From assembly GCA_030652335.1 (NCBI GenBank), contig JAUSAW010000010.1:64563-128562 (forward strand): a DNA stretch of 64,000 nucleotides. Reading direction: 5' to 3'. The position numbers were made by a program, and so were the translations under genes. Each line of letters starts with the position of its first letter. Positions within the stretch are counted from its first letter, which is position 1. Below, piece after piece: positions 9,099 through 19,100 of the stretch. Source of the DNA: Gammaproteobacteria bacterium. Lineage in GTDB: Bacteria > Pseudomonadota > Gammaproteobacteria > Francisellales > CACEW01. Below the pieces are notes generated by a model. The model was not told the origin of the DNA and did not search any database. It saw only the letters and a program-made list of their open reading frames with translations.

Positions 9099-10519
9099 GA
9101 TAATCCTCCTGATGATTTTGCTTTATTGATAATATTGGTGGTCGAACAACCCGGGGTTAATTCGATGGTTTTAACTTCGCCGCCATTAGCTAGAACTTGC
9201 TTAGCCCCCGCGATTTGATGGACTTGATAGTCCGCCCCTTTCACTAAAATGTCGGGTAATAAACTTGTTATAAGGCGCTCAGGAGTGTCTTCGGAAAATG
9301 GAATCACCCAGTCCACACAGCCCAAGGCCGCTAGTACTCTCATGCGCTGCTCTAAGGGATTAATAGGGCGCTCTGGGCCTTTTAAGCGCTTGATAGAATC
9401 GTCGGTATTGACGGCCAGGATTAAGTGATCGCCCAGCGCTCTTGCCGCCTGTAAATAATCGACGTGACCGGCGTGCAAAATATCGAAGCAGCCATTAGTA
9501 AATACTACTTTTTCGCCTCTAAGGCGTAGATTTTTAATGATTTTTTTCAGTTGATCTTCGGAGACCTCGCCTTTACGCAAATGATGATCTTGATGTAAGG
9601 CGGCTTCCAATTCATCGGGGCTTACCGTGGCGGTACCAATTTTACCGACGACTACGCCGGCCGCTGCGTTGGCAAGCCTCATGCTGCTCGGCATATCGTA
9701 ACCTGCACCAATGGCCATACCCATAACGGCAATAACGGTATCGCCGGCTCCGGTGACATCAAATACTTCACGCGCTTCGGTGGGCATATGCACAGGGGCA
9801 TGGTCGGGCCGAATTAAGGTCATACCCTCAGGGCCACGTGTCACTAATAATGAATCTAGGTGGCAAGTGCGAATAAGCGCCAAGCCTTTTTCTACCATAT
9901 CCGCTTCATTCAGGCAGGGGCCGACTACCGCTTCAAATTCTTTTAAGTTTGGCGTAATCATGGAGGCACCATGATAGGCTGTGAAATCGCTGCCTTTAGG
10001 ATCTACTATAACCGGTATGTTAAGCTGGCGAGCGGCCTTAATTAGGCTCTGAGTTTCAGTTAAGGTGCCTTTGCCATAGTCCGAAATAATGACGGCATTA
10101 CAATTAGGCAGGCAGGTTTTAAAGCGCTCAAGTAATGATTGTTTAGGAACATCGACAAAGCTTTCTTCAAAATCGGTACGAATTAATTGTTGGCTTTGGC
10201 TTAAGATTCGAAGTTTGGTAATGGTGGGTTTATGCGCTAGTTGTTCAAATTCACAATTCACGCTGCCAGCATTTAAGATTTTACCTAAGGTGCTTGCCGC
10301 TTCATCATTACCGGTTAAGCCGAGCAATATGGCCTTGCCAAGCAAGGAGGTAATATTTAACGCCACGTTACCCGCGCCGCCGGCTTTGGCGTACTGTTCT
10401 TTAATATGAACGACTGGAACGGGTGCTTCGGGAGAGATACGAGTGGTTTGGCCAACCCAATAATTATCGAGCATGATATCGCCAATGACCAGTACTTTTG
10501 CAGCGGATAAATTATGCAT
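9095..10519 (-). CDS. hldE: Bifunctional D-beta-D-heptose 7-phosphate kinase / heptose 1-phosphate adenylyltransferase
   Basis: N-terminal ribokinase-like domain (..[14 protein letters not shown]...[10 protein letters not shown].., ..DVTGAGDTV..) plus a C-terminal cytidylyltransferase-like domain (..[23 protein letters not shown]..). 4-nt overlap with hldD. Confidence 0.93.
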   Translation of the reverse strand: MHNLSAAKVLVIGDIMLDNYWVGQTTRISPEAPVPVVHIKEQYAKAGGAGNVALNITSLLGKAILLGLTGNDEAASTLGKILNAGSVNCEFEQLAHKPTITKLRILSQSQQLIRTDFEESFVDVPKQSLLERFKTCLPNCNAVIISDYGKGTLTETQSLIKAARQLNIPVIVDPKGSDFTAYHGASMITPNLKEFEAVVGPCLNEADMVEKGLALIRTCHLDSLLVTRGPEGMTLIRPDHAPVHMPTEAREVFDVTGAGDTVIAVMGMAIGAGYDMPSSMRLANAAAGVVVGKIGTATVSPDELEAALHQDHHLRKGEVSEDQLKKIIKNLRLRGEKVVFTNGCFDILHAGHVDYLQAARALGDHLILAVNTDDSIKRLKGPERPINPLEQRMRVLAALGCVDWVIPFSEDTPERLITSLLPDILVKGADYQVHQIAGAKQVLANGGEVKTIELTPGCSTTNIINKAKSSGGLS

Positions 10520-10597
10520 AATTACCTGTTAAGTTTAACTCAAGAGTAGAGCTGCTCATGGTAGCAAGCCTTGATCCGAATTGCCAGGAATTCCCAT

Positions 10598-10631
10598 TGA
10601 AAAGCCGGGCGGCATTTTACATAGCCGCCCA
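10598..10631 (-). terminator. Stem-loop downstream of the ankyrin gene
   Basis: Minus strand reads GGGCGGC tatgtaaaat GCCGCCC followed by GGCTTTTCAAT. The 7-bp GC stem starts a few nt after the stop at 10640. Confidence 0.45.
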
Positions 10632-10639
10632 CTTAAGTT

Positions 10640-13174
10640 TTATAGCTCTGGGCCAAAATCGCTATCGGAGCCAGATGTGCATTTGGCCCATAATGCGCTG
10701 CCAATAAACATGGCGACACTAAACCCTGTCGCTAGCACCACTGATTTTTGAGAACGGCTTAGGCCTGGGATCTTAAGCTCGCTAAAGTGAAAATGAGCAA
10801 TATCATCAGCTGTTTCACGATATTCATTTTGGAGTAGAATATTGGCTTTGCTTTCAACTAAGGAATGGATAATTCTCATTATATTAAGAAGTTTCTCCTC
10901 GTTTGAACCCTCTTTATCTTTAACCGCCAGCATTAAGGGAGTTTCATCATATCGATCGCGACAATTCGCATCGGCGCCTTTAGCCAATAAGGCTTTAACT
11001 GTAGCGAGATCACCATACTCAGCGGCCCAATGTAAAGCCGTTCTTTTATAAGGGGTCATAGTGAAGCTGACAACATGGCCGCCTTTATGATCAATGTCAC
11101 AGCCTTCTTGTGCTAATAACAGCTGAGCCAAAGCAAAATGACTATTACGGCATGCTATGATTAAAGGTGTTTGGTCCTCGCTATCATGATTTTTCTTTTT
11201 AAGAAATGAATCGATTGTGCTAGGCATTAAGTCTGCGCCGTATTCAATGAGTTCGCCAACGAGCGCTAGTGAACCTTGATTTATGGCTAGCTGCAATGGC
11301 GTTTCTTCTTCAAAGCTAGCAGCTGTATTCTCAGTATGTTTTATAACATTAGGACTGGCTCCAGCATTTAGTAAGGCCTTTACTTTTACTAGGTCATTAT
11401 CCTTTATCGCCCTAGTTAAGGCGGTTTCACCTCGGCTGTTTCGCGCATTAATATAACATTTATTAACAGATTTCATGGCAAAAGCTATGAAAGCCGGACT
11501 TATTTCTATTCTGTTTTCGAGTAAATTATTAGCCGCATCATCATGGCCGGCTTCAACAAGCTGACGTGCTAAAAATTCTAATCTTGAATCAGGTAGACGC
11601 GTTGCACTGGCCTTATTTAAAAAGAACTCGCTACTAATGAAATCAATCAAACCTGTATCGCCATCAGCATGAAGTTCAAAGGCTTTATCAATCAATAGCA
11701 AAACCATGGCAGTATCTGGGGAGGGGGAAAGTCTTTCGGCGGCTTCACTATTACCTTGCTTAACGGCAAAATAAACTAAATTAACGCGAAGATTAGTATC
11801 AAGCTCCGGTGTGATAGCGCTTAAAACGGCCTCTGAAATAATGGCGCCTGCGTTAAGCAAACCCAATATAGAAGCGCCATCTTCGTTTTTAATGGCATTC
11901 ACTAGGGCCGACTTGCCATTAGGCATAATATAATTAATATCCGCACCCTTATCTTTTAACTGACTCACTTGAACTCGATTGCCGCGTACTGCCGAAAAGA
12001 GTAACAGTATATTACGAAAGGCTAGATCAGTGCTGTCGTCTACGTGGTCAATGATCTCGGGAGTAATGGTCGCACCGGCACCGAGTAAACTAGTTACTAA
12101 AGGAAGATTGCCGCTAACTATGGCGTTCATTAAGACAGGTTTGCCATTACTCATAATGCTATTGAGTACGTTTAGGTTCTTTTTGCTTATCGCAGTTTCA
12201 ATGATTTTAGGGCTAATAGTTGCGCCTTGAGCTAATAGATAATCAACCACTGCAAAATGGTCATTTATAATAGCTACATAGAGGGGAGATAGGCCGTTAG
12301 TAGCAAAATTAATATCGGCGCCTTTCTCTTTTAAATCAGTCACTTGATCTACACTGCCGCGCATCGCCGCAAAGAGTAATACAATATTGCAAATTATCTG
12401 AGGCGTACTGGCGTTTATGTGGCTTAAAATTTCAGGTGTGATAGTCGAGCCGCCATTAAGCAGTTTATTGATATCATTAATATTGCCCTCGTCGATCAGA
12501 GCGGCCAGTCGTGGCAAACCATTTGGCCTAGCAGCATCTAGTAAAGACATGTTCTTTGCTTTTATGGCCATAGCCTCTATGGCTGGTGTAACTGTTGCGC
12601 CAGCCTTAATTAGTGTTTCGGCAATAACTGGATGGTTCTGGTGTACGGCAAAATACAGGGCAGAAACACCGTTGATCTCGTAAGATGGGTCGGCACCTTT
12701 TGCTAATAATTCTGTGACGTAATCGAGGCGGTCGCGCATAGCCGAATAGAGTAATAAAAGGTCGCGAATATTTTGGTTGGTGCTAAGGCTTACTCCGCTT
12801 AAAATTTCGGGGGCAATAGACGCTCCAGCATTAAGTAAACTGATTAATATAGGGCTATTGCTGATATCAATGGCATATTTAAGCGGGGATCTGCCGTCAA
12901 ATACATTGGCATCTATTACACGAATATCCACGCCTTTAGTTTTTAATTGTGCAACATGATCCGCATTGCCACGCATAGCCGAATAAATGAGTAAATAGCT
13001 TTTAATATCAAAAGTAGTAGCCTCATTCACATTATCTAAGGCGGCCTGAGTGATTACTATATCAGCCGACAAAAGCTTTATGACAGTAGCCGTATCATTG
13101 CACGCCACCGATAAGGTCAGCACTTCTGATGCAGGTAATGTCATCGTTTCAAGCGTAGTTGGGGCAGCTTGCAT
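10640..13174 (-). CDS. Large ankyrin-repeat protein (844 aa) with C-terminal transmembrane tail anchor
   Basis: Many ANK units (..TPLMLAVKD.., ..RTALHWAAEYGDLATVKALLAKGADANCRD.., ..NGLSPLYVAIINDHFAVVDYLLAQGATI..). A higher-order repeat recurs four times: ..LL[LF][YF]SA[MV]RG....V..LK.KGADIN....NG.S.L..AI......LL.AGA.I.PEI... One hydrophobic helix SVVLATGFSVAMFIGSALW lies about 20 aa from the C terminus. Confidence 0.9.
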   Translation of the reverse strand: MQAAPTTLETMTLPASEVLTLSVACNDTATVIKLLSADIVITQAALDNVNEATTFDIKSYLLIYSAMRGNADHVAQLKTKGVDIRVIDANVFDGRSPLKYAIDISNSPILISLLNAGASIAPEILSGVSLSTNQNIRDLLLLYSAMRDRLDYVTELLAKGADPSYEINGVSALYFAVHQNHPVIAETLIKAGATVTPAIEAMAIKAKNMSLLDAARPNGLPRLAALIDEGNINDINKLLNGGSTITPEILSHINASTPQIICNIVLLFAAMRGSVDQVTDLKEKGADINFATNGLSPLYVAIINDHFAVVDYLLAQGATISPKIIETAISKKNLNVLNSIMSNGKPVLMNAIVSGNLPLVTSLLGAGATITPEIIDHVDDSTDLAFRNILLLFSAVRGNRVQVSQLKDKGADINYIMPNGKSALVNAIKNEDGASILGLLNAGAIISEAVLSAITPELDTNLRVNLVYFAVKQGNSEAAERLSPSPDTAMVLLLIDKAFELHADGDTGLIDFISSEFFLNKASATRLPDSRLEFLARQLVEAGHDDAANNLLENRIEISPAFIAFAMKSVNKCYINARNSRGETALTRAIKDNDLVKVKALLNAGASPNVIKHTENTAASFEEETPLQLAINQGSLALVGELIEYGADLMPSTIDSFLKKKNHDSEDQTPLIIACRNSHFALAQLLLAQEGCDIDHKGGHVVSFTMTPYKRTALHWAAEYGDLATVKALLAKGADANCRDRYDETPLMLAVKDKEGSNEEKLLNIMRIIHSLVESKANILLQNEYRETADDIAHFHFSELKIPGLSRSQKSVVLATGFSVAMFIGSALWAKCTSGSDSDFGPEL

Positions 13175-13237
13175 GCAAAAGTCCTTTTATAAATTAATTT
13201 GAGACATTTTATATAAATATAATGCTAGAAACAATAT

Positions 13238-15421
13238 TTATAGTGAGGAAAGTAAGTAGCAGGGGGAGCCGCTAAGTTGAATGGTTTGTAGGGAATTACC
13301 TTGGTTATCATAGGCTTGTTTACATTCTAAGCCTGCTGGCAGTTCGCTATAGCCATGGCTAGTCCAGGCCATAATAATTTTATGGGTAGCGTTATAAAAC
13401 TCGAGCAGATACACGGATTCAGCCGAGTCTAATTTTCGTATAAAGTGAGCGCTGCCTAAGGTTTTTAAGAAAAAGCGTAAGGCGCTAAAGGCCGGGCGTT
13501 TTCGCCAATTATCCTTATCATCGATCAGGCCAAAGCCATGGGCCGATAATCGCCACCAATATACTCTATCGATATGGCCAGAGCAGAGGCTAATAGCCAG
13601 GTAGCGTAGCATATAGTCTGAATAGTCCTGCTCGTTTACCCCTGGTGAATTGCGTGCCCATTCAGGGGCCTCATAAGGCGATCCTATGGGGGAATAGATA
13701 CCGGTATTTTTAAGCGGCCAGTTTACTTCTGAGATTATGACTTTATCCTCGCAACGCTTAGACCATTTAGCGATGGCTTTTAAGAGGGCGCATTTTTCCA
13801 AAGTCGAAAAAGCGCCTTGCTTATTTTCTGGGGCGCCCCTTCTATCGACATAGAGATGATGCGATAAGGCAGATAGATAATGGCCTTTAGGGATTTCGTT
13901 TAAAGCAGCTACTATATAGGGATATTCAAAATCAATCCCTGCGGGGCCACTAAGGCGGATGTTGGAATATCGCGCCTGCAAAGTTAGGGCAGGAATAACT
14001 AGCTCGCGGTATTCTCGAGTAGTCCAAATACCCCATTTAACGCGATTAATGGCATGGGCGATTTCGATATAATCCGTAAGCTCGGCAATTTTAGGAATTA
14101 CGTATTCTAAAAAATATTGCCAGGCTCTAGGCTCCGTAATAGCTCGTCTGTCTTGTAAAAAGGCGGCCATAATCGAGATGCCTTGGGCTTGCAATTTTCG
14201 AATCAATACGATCGCACTATCCCAGTCTGCTTGGGATTCATGATGGCAGAAGCGGATTAAGACGGGTGGATTGCCGAGTTCGGCTAATAGACTGAGTTCA
14301 TGCTCGATATACTCGGATTTAGGCTGCAGGGCTAGGCCTATCCTATTCTGCATCGCTACGCTTTGCCGGTAGCTCTGTTTAAGCATCTGGCGGTAATGCA
14401 GGTAAATACTAGGCGCCGCGCATAAGGTTTGCCAGATTAGCGCTAGGGTCTGAGTTTTTTGTCTATAACGCTTTTTTTCTTGACGATTGAGCAATATGCA
14501 GGCTTGAGCGGATTTTTCATCCCAAAGCCATAGATTATTGGGGGCGGGATAAACCGGATGAGGATCAACTTTATGACGGTTTTTAAAACTACGAATAGGG
14601 TGGCGCCAGATTCTCGAGCGGCTATGCCTTTCAAAACGTGCTCGAAAGCGCCTCTCCCAAGTATTCAGTTCCTCAGGAATGTCTTGGTGATGGCAATAGA
14701 TATGTTTAAAGATTTTTAGATATTCGCCAGGCAAGGTCAAGCGAGAGAGATCATAAGCGCGTTGTTTCCAGCTTAAAGCTGGCAAAATTTTGCCGCGGTT
14801 TAAATCGATAAATTGTGGGTTTTGCCATAGGCCATCATCGGTCTTATTCAACAAAATATTTTGATTGCCCATGTCCCCATGCATAAAGCCTGCATCATGC
14901 ATAGCTCTTACTGCTGGTGCTACAGTTTGCAGCATAGCCATTACCTTAGCATTATCAGGATCGTTCCAATAAAGCTGGCTTAATTCATCGCGGAAATTTA
15001 CCGCTTCCTGATACAGGCAAATGTAATAGCTTTCCAACAATCGATTATTGTGCCAATGATCCAAATAAGCGATGGGCTTAGGGCTATTAATATGCTGCCG
15101 GTTTAAAAATTTTGCGGCCAGGAAGGAGCGTTCGGCTTTAGTTTTATGGTATTTATCGAAGAAATCTTTAAACCGGCTTTGGCGTTTAAATATTTTAACG
15201 GCCAGGGTAAGTGTTTGATTTTTAAAGGATATGGGCAGCTTAATGACCCTGTCGGCGCCCTCCGATAATACTTCGGCTGGAGCTTTGACCAAAAGCGAGG
15301 CAAGGTTTTGCAATTGCTCTATACATTCCGCTTGTTGATATTCAGGCTCGATACAGCCAGAATAACAAGCGATTTTAATTTTATGAGTATTTGGATTCAC
15401 CGAAACTCTCACTGGGGCCAT
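13238..15421 (-). CDS. Kdo/WaaP-type lipopolysaccharide kinase domain fused to a ~400-aa C-terminal domain of uncertain (TIM-barrel/glycoside-hydrolase-like?) type
   Basis: Listed ORF 13238..15493. N-terminal third: ..AVKIFKRQSRFKDFF.., ..AMHDAGFMHGDMGNQNILL.., ..FIDLNRG.. are LPS-kinase (Kdo/WaaP/InaA) family motifs. The C-terminal part (..VIISEVNWPL.., ..YWWRLSAHGFGLID..) only loosely resembles clan GH-A hydrolases. The start is ambiguous: ATG 15493, or ATG 15421 (MAPVRVSV..), which avoids overlap with the divergent GT9 gene. Confidence 0.7.
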   Translation of the reverse strand: MAPVRVSVNPNTHKIKIACYSGCIEPEYQQAECIEQLQNLASLLVKAPAEVLSEGADRVIKLPISFKNQTLTLAVKIFKRQSRFKDFFDKYHKTKAERSFLAAKFLNRQHINSPKPIAYLDHWHNNRLLESYYICLYQEAVNFRDELSQLYWNDPDNAKVMAMLQTVAPAVRAMHDAGFMHGDMGNQNILLNKTDDGLWQNPQFIDLNRGKILPALSWKQRAYDLSRLTLPGEYLKIFKHIYCHHQDIPEELNTWERRFRARFERHSRSRIWRHPIRSFKNRHKVDPHPVYPAPNNLWLWDEKSAQACILLNRQEKKRYRQKTQTLALIWQTLCAAPSIYLHYRQMLKQSYRQSVAMQNRIGLALQPKSEYIEHELSLLAELGNPPVLIRFCHHESQADWDSAIVLIRKLQAQGISIMAAFLQDRRAITEPRAWQYFLEYVIPKIAELTDYIEIAHAINRVKWGIWTTREYRELVIPALTLQARYSNIRLSGPAGIDFEYPYIVAALNEIPKGHYLSALSHHLYVDRRGAPENKQGAFSTLEKCALLKAIAKWSKRCEDKVIISEVNWPLKNTGIYSPIGSPYEAPEWARNSPGVNEQDYSDYMLRYLAISLCSGHIDRVYWWRLSAHGFGLIDDKDNWRKRPAFSALRFFLKTLGSAHFIRKLDSAESVYLLEFYNATHKIIMAWTSHGYSELPAGLECKQAYDNQGNSLQTIQLSGSPCYLLSSL

Positions 15422-15422
15422 A

Positions 15423-16478
15423 ATGTCTGCTAAGACTGTAAAGATACCTGACAAACTGAAGATCCACAAGATTTGCGTATTAGCCTGGGGCATGGTGGGG
15501 GATACTTTATTTCGTACCGCATTTATCGAGCCTTTGCAAAAGCATTATCCGCAGGCCAGTATTAGCGTAATAGTGGATAATCGCGGTAAAGGCATCTTTA
15601 CCAATAACCCTCATGTCGATGAAATCTATGTATTTCAACACGCGAAGCGGCCTAAATGGCGCTATCTACTCACTATATCCAAGCTTATTGGCTGGATGCG
15701 TAAACGGAAATTTGACCTGGTAATTAATTTTTATTCGGGTGGCAGTAGCCCTATTATTACCAAACTGAGTGGTGCAACCTGGCGAGTAGGCTTTGATCAT
15801 ACCGCTAAGTTACGCTGGGCCAATAATATTCTAGCGCCAAAAGCCAGTTTTGCCGGGCATTGGATTCGGGCCTTAGGTGAGACGCTAAGGCCTTTAGGGA
15901 TTCAAGAATCAGATATTCAGCATCGACCCTTTTTTTATTGCAGCGAAGCCGAACAGAGTTTTGCCAAAGGATTTATGGCCGGCGATCAAAAATGGGTGGC
16001 TTTTAATCTAGGCGCCAGCGATTTGAAAAAATGCTGGCCAGTAAGAGAGCATGTCGCTTTAGCGCATTGGCTGTATCAGGAATATAATCTGACTCCTTTA
16101 ATCGTAACGAATCCAGGCCAAGAATTTTTAGTAGAAGAATTCAAACAGCACTATCCCGGCAATCAGCCCGCTAAATACTTGCCAGTCATGTCTTTTGGTC
16201 AGATCGCCGCTATTGTGCAATGCTGTGAATTTCTAGTAACGGGTGATACCGGGCTTATGCATTTGGCTTTTGGTGTTCAGGCCAGAGTATTAGGTCTATT
16301 TACCTATACTCAGCCAGAGCATGTTATGCCAGAAGGGGGGATCTGCGTGCCTTGTTTTACGCCTGATCCTAGCCTTAAAGATGAGTATGGACAAGCGCTT
16401 GGCACTCAGCCTACTCTAGAGACAGTAAAACAGGCGGCAAAGCTATTATTATCGTCATTTAGTACGCTTGCTCAATGA
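15423..16478 (+). CDS. Glycosyltransferase family 9 (LPS heptosyltransferase-like)
   Basis: ..KICVLAWGMVGDTLFRTAFIEPLQKHYPQASISVIVD.. is the typical GT9 N terminus. ..FLVTGDTGLMHLAFGV.. is the C-terminal GT9 motif. Confidence 0.8.
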   Translation: MSAKTVKIPDKLKIHKICVLAWGMVGDTLFRTAFIEPLQKHYPQASISVIVDNRGKGIFTNNPHVDEIYVFQHAKRPKWRYLLTISKLIGWMRKRKFDLVINFYSGGSSPIITKLSGATWRVGFDHTAKLRWANNILAPKASFAGHWIRALGETLRPLGIQESDIQHRPFFYCSEAEQSFAKGFMAGDQKWVAFNLGASDLKKCWPVREHVALAHWLYQEYNLTPLIVTNPGQEFLVEEFKQHYPGNQPAKYLPVMSFGQIAAIVQCCEFLVTGDTGLMHLAFGVQARVLGLFTYTQPEHVMPEGGICVPCFTPDPSLKDEYGQALGTQPTLETVKQAAKLLLSSFSTLAQ

Positions 16479-17711
16479 GGCGAATAAAAGGCTAGAGAAA
16501 AACACAAAGAACAATCGTGGTGATTCATCCAATAGCATAGGCGCACTAAACGAGGCTAGGATAAAAGTCAGCACTAAGGCCTGAGCAATATGGCGATCCA
16601 ATTGATCGGCTAATGTAAATGAGCTTCGCCATTGTACTATCAACATGGCAATAAGAATGCTTAAACCTAGCAAGCCATGTTCAATTGCAATAAAGTAAAA
16701 GGTGTTTTCCGGACTGACTTGAGGGTTAGCCGCGCTTGAAAGTGAAGCCCCCCCCGCTGTAATTCCATTAATATTAATATAGGCCTGTTGAAAGCCTGCC
16801 GTGCCGTAGCCAAATAAAGGTTTTTCTTTCCATAAATCATAACTTTTTACCGCGTAATCGAGGCGAACGCCAGAGGAAGTAGCATAGTGAGTTTGATTGC
16901 TATGGAAGGCTTGGGTGCCAATAAAGGCCTGATCGACCCGATAATGAAAGCTCGCTGAAAAATGATAGGCCAAGCCACATGTGATGATTAGGCCAAACAC
17001 TCCCAAAACTAGCTGCTTAAAGGTGCATTTTTGGATTAAAAAGACAAGCATCAGCATAAAGTATAGGAGATAGCCTGTTCTGGAGATGCTCATAAACAAT
17101 ACGTCAAAGCTTATAATCAACCAGCTGACAATAAACACCCAGCGTAGCCGCCCTGATTGGCAGGCTAAATGAGCCGCAATATAGGAGGCAAAAGCCAGAA
17201 AAGTGGCCGCATAGATATGGAAAAATAAGGGGAATGCCGCTGTTTGGGGTTGCTTATGGAATAAAGAGGCCGCATCAAAAATACCGAGCATATTGAGCGC
17301 ACCGATAATAAATACGAATATGGCCCCTGCCACAAAAGCCTTATAACAACGCGCTTTCCAGATGGCATTATCAAAAAACAAAGGAATTAATAGGGCTATG
17401 AAAATAAGTTCAGCCTGCTTTTTAAAAATCCAAAGGCTGATTTTCCATGGGGCGCTGGAATATAAGGTGCCTAGCAAATAAAGCAGGGTCAGGCCAATTG
17501 CAAACCAAGCAATCGGATTGCGTTTAATGATTTGACCTTTTTCCTGCCAGTTTCCGCTCAATACTAAAAAAATCAGCATAATAAAAAAGGAAGTATTTTC
17601 AGCGGCAAGCGAGAGTGGCAAACAGAAGGCATAAAGTATCGCGCCTATGCCAGACAAGGTCAGGCATAACGAGGAATATCGATGAGCTTGCAAGAAAGAA
17701 AAGGCTTTCAT
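16455..17711 (-). CDS. O-antigen ligase (WaaL/Wzy_C) family membrane protein
   Basis: About 10-12 predicted TM helices. ..SISRTGYLLYF.. and a periplasmic loop ..PLFGYGTAGFQQAY....AIEHGLLGL.. are typical of the O-antigen ligase family. It overlaps the convergent GT9 gene by 24 nt. Confidence 0.7.
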   Translation of the reverse strand: MKAFSFLQAHRYSSLCLTLSGIGAILYAFCLPLSLAAENTSFFIMLIFLVLSGNWQEKGQIIKRNPIAWFAIGLTLLYLLGTLYSSAPWKISLWIFKKQAELIFIALLIPLFFDNAIWKARCYKAFVAGAIFVFIIGALNMLGIFDAASLFHKQPQTAAFPLFFHIYAATFLAFASYIAAHLACQSGRLRWVFIVSWLIISFDVLFMSISRTGYLLYFMLMLVFLIQKCTFKQLVLGVFGLIITCGLAYHFSASFHYRVDQAFIGTQAFHSNQTHYATSSGVRLDYAVKSYDLWKEKPLFGYGTAGFQQAYININGITAGGASLSSAANPQVSPENTFYFIAIEHGLLGLSILIAMLIVQWRSSFTLADQLDRHIAQALVLTFILASFSAPMLLDESPRLFFVFFSSLLFASLSKRTK

Positions 17712-17718
17712 AGTGTTC

Positions 17719-18897
17719 TCAAAATAAAGCGTTAATTTTTTGCATGGCCTTAGCTAATAGTTCCATGCTAGTGGCATACGAGATTCGAATATAGCCTTCC
17801 GCCCCAAATGCGCTACCGGGAACCACAGCTACTTCAGCCTTTTCAAGCAAATAAGCTGAAAAATCGACGTCATTGTGAATATCAGGCAAGGTCAGCATGG
17901 CGGCTTGAATATTGACAAATATATAAAAGGCTCCGTCAGCATCGACCGCCTCAAAACCTTTAATTTCACCCAGTTTTTCCATCATAAAATCATGGCGTTG
18001 CTTAAACGCATCAACCATTGGCTTTAGGCAGGATTGATCGCCATTTAGCGCATTGACAGCCGCTGCCTGTGAAATCGAACACGCACCAGAGGTGCTTTGA
18101 GACTGCAAATTGCTCATGCCGGAGATGATTTCTTGTGGACCAGCCGCATACCCAATTCTCCAGCCAGTCATGGCATAAGATTTTGATACCCCATTGATCA
18201 CGATAGTTCGATCCTGTAATTCCGGGCATGCCATTACGATATTGGAGAAAGGTTCATTAAGCCACCAGATATGTTCGTAAATATCATCGGTACAAATAAG
18301 GATCTGGGGATGACGCAACAATACGGCGGCTAATTCGGCAAGCTCTTGCTTGGTATAGGCGACCCCGGTTGGATTAGAAGGAGAGTTTAGTATTACTATT
18401 TTGGATCGAGGCGTAATAGCCGCTTCTAATTCTGCGGGTGTTAACTTAAAGCGATTAGTCTGTTGGGTTTGAATACAAACAGGCTTCGCGCCAAATAAAA
18501 TCGCCATATCAGGATACGATACCCAATATGGGGCGGGGATTAAAACCTCGTCTTCATGATTTAATACCGCACCAAATAAATTATAAATGCTTTGCTTGGC
18601 ACCATTTGAAACCAAAATTTGTTTGGGCGAATAGTCCAGGTTATTGTCGCGCTTTAACTTAAGCGCTATCGCCTGCCTAAGCTCAAGTGTGCCTTCAACG
18701 GCGGTATATTTAGTGTGGCCGGCTTCGATGGCCGCAATAGCTGCAAGCTTAATAGCTTCAGGAGTATCAAAATCAGGCTCGCCGACGCTCAGGCTAATAA
18801 TATCTCTGCCTTGACGTTTTAATTCTGCCGCTTTAGCAGTAACAGCCATGGTAGGGGAGGGCTTTATACTCATTATTCGATCAGAGAGTCTAGTCAT
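17719..18897 (-). CDS. Class I pyridoxal-phosphate aminotransferase (aspartate aminotransferase-like)
   Basis: ..LNSPSNPTGVAY.. and ..VSKSYAMTGWRIGYA.. (PLP-lysine motif). 392 aa. Confidence 0.85.
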   Translation of the reverse strand: MTRLSDRIMSIKPSPTMAVTAKAAELKRQGRDIISLSVGEPDFDTPEAIKLAAIAAIEAGHTKYTAVEGTLELRQAIALKLKRDNNLDYSPKQILVSNGAKQSIYNLFGAVLNHEDEVLIPAPYWVSYPDMAILFGAKPVCIQTQQTNRFKLTPAELEAAITPRSKIVILNSPSNPTGVAYTKQELAELAAVLLRHPQILICTDDIYEHIWWLNEPFSNIVMACPELQDRTIVINGVSKSYAMTGWRIGYAAGPQEIISGMSNLQSQSTSGACSISQAAAVNALNGDQSCLKPMVDAFKQRHDFMMEKLGEIKGFEAVDADGAFYIFVNIQAAMLTLPDIHNDVDFSAYLLEKAEVAVVPGSAFGAEGYIRISYATSMELLAKAMQKINALF

Positions 18898-19100
18898 GTT
18901 GTTTTCTTAGTTATTAATGAAAATTCAAATACAAGTATCATAGGTAAGTCTAATGGCAATTGCAAATTAATAAGCGCTAAAAGACCCAAAAACAAAGGGT
19001 TGGCGCAATAATCAATACTGTTCATTGGGATTTCAAACTTAAACGAGAGTCTACTTTTGCCTAATTATGTTATCATTAATTTACTAAGGTTTTTTTCAAT

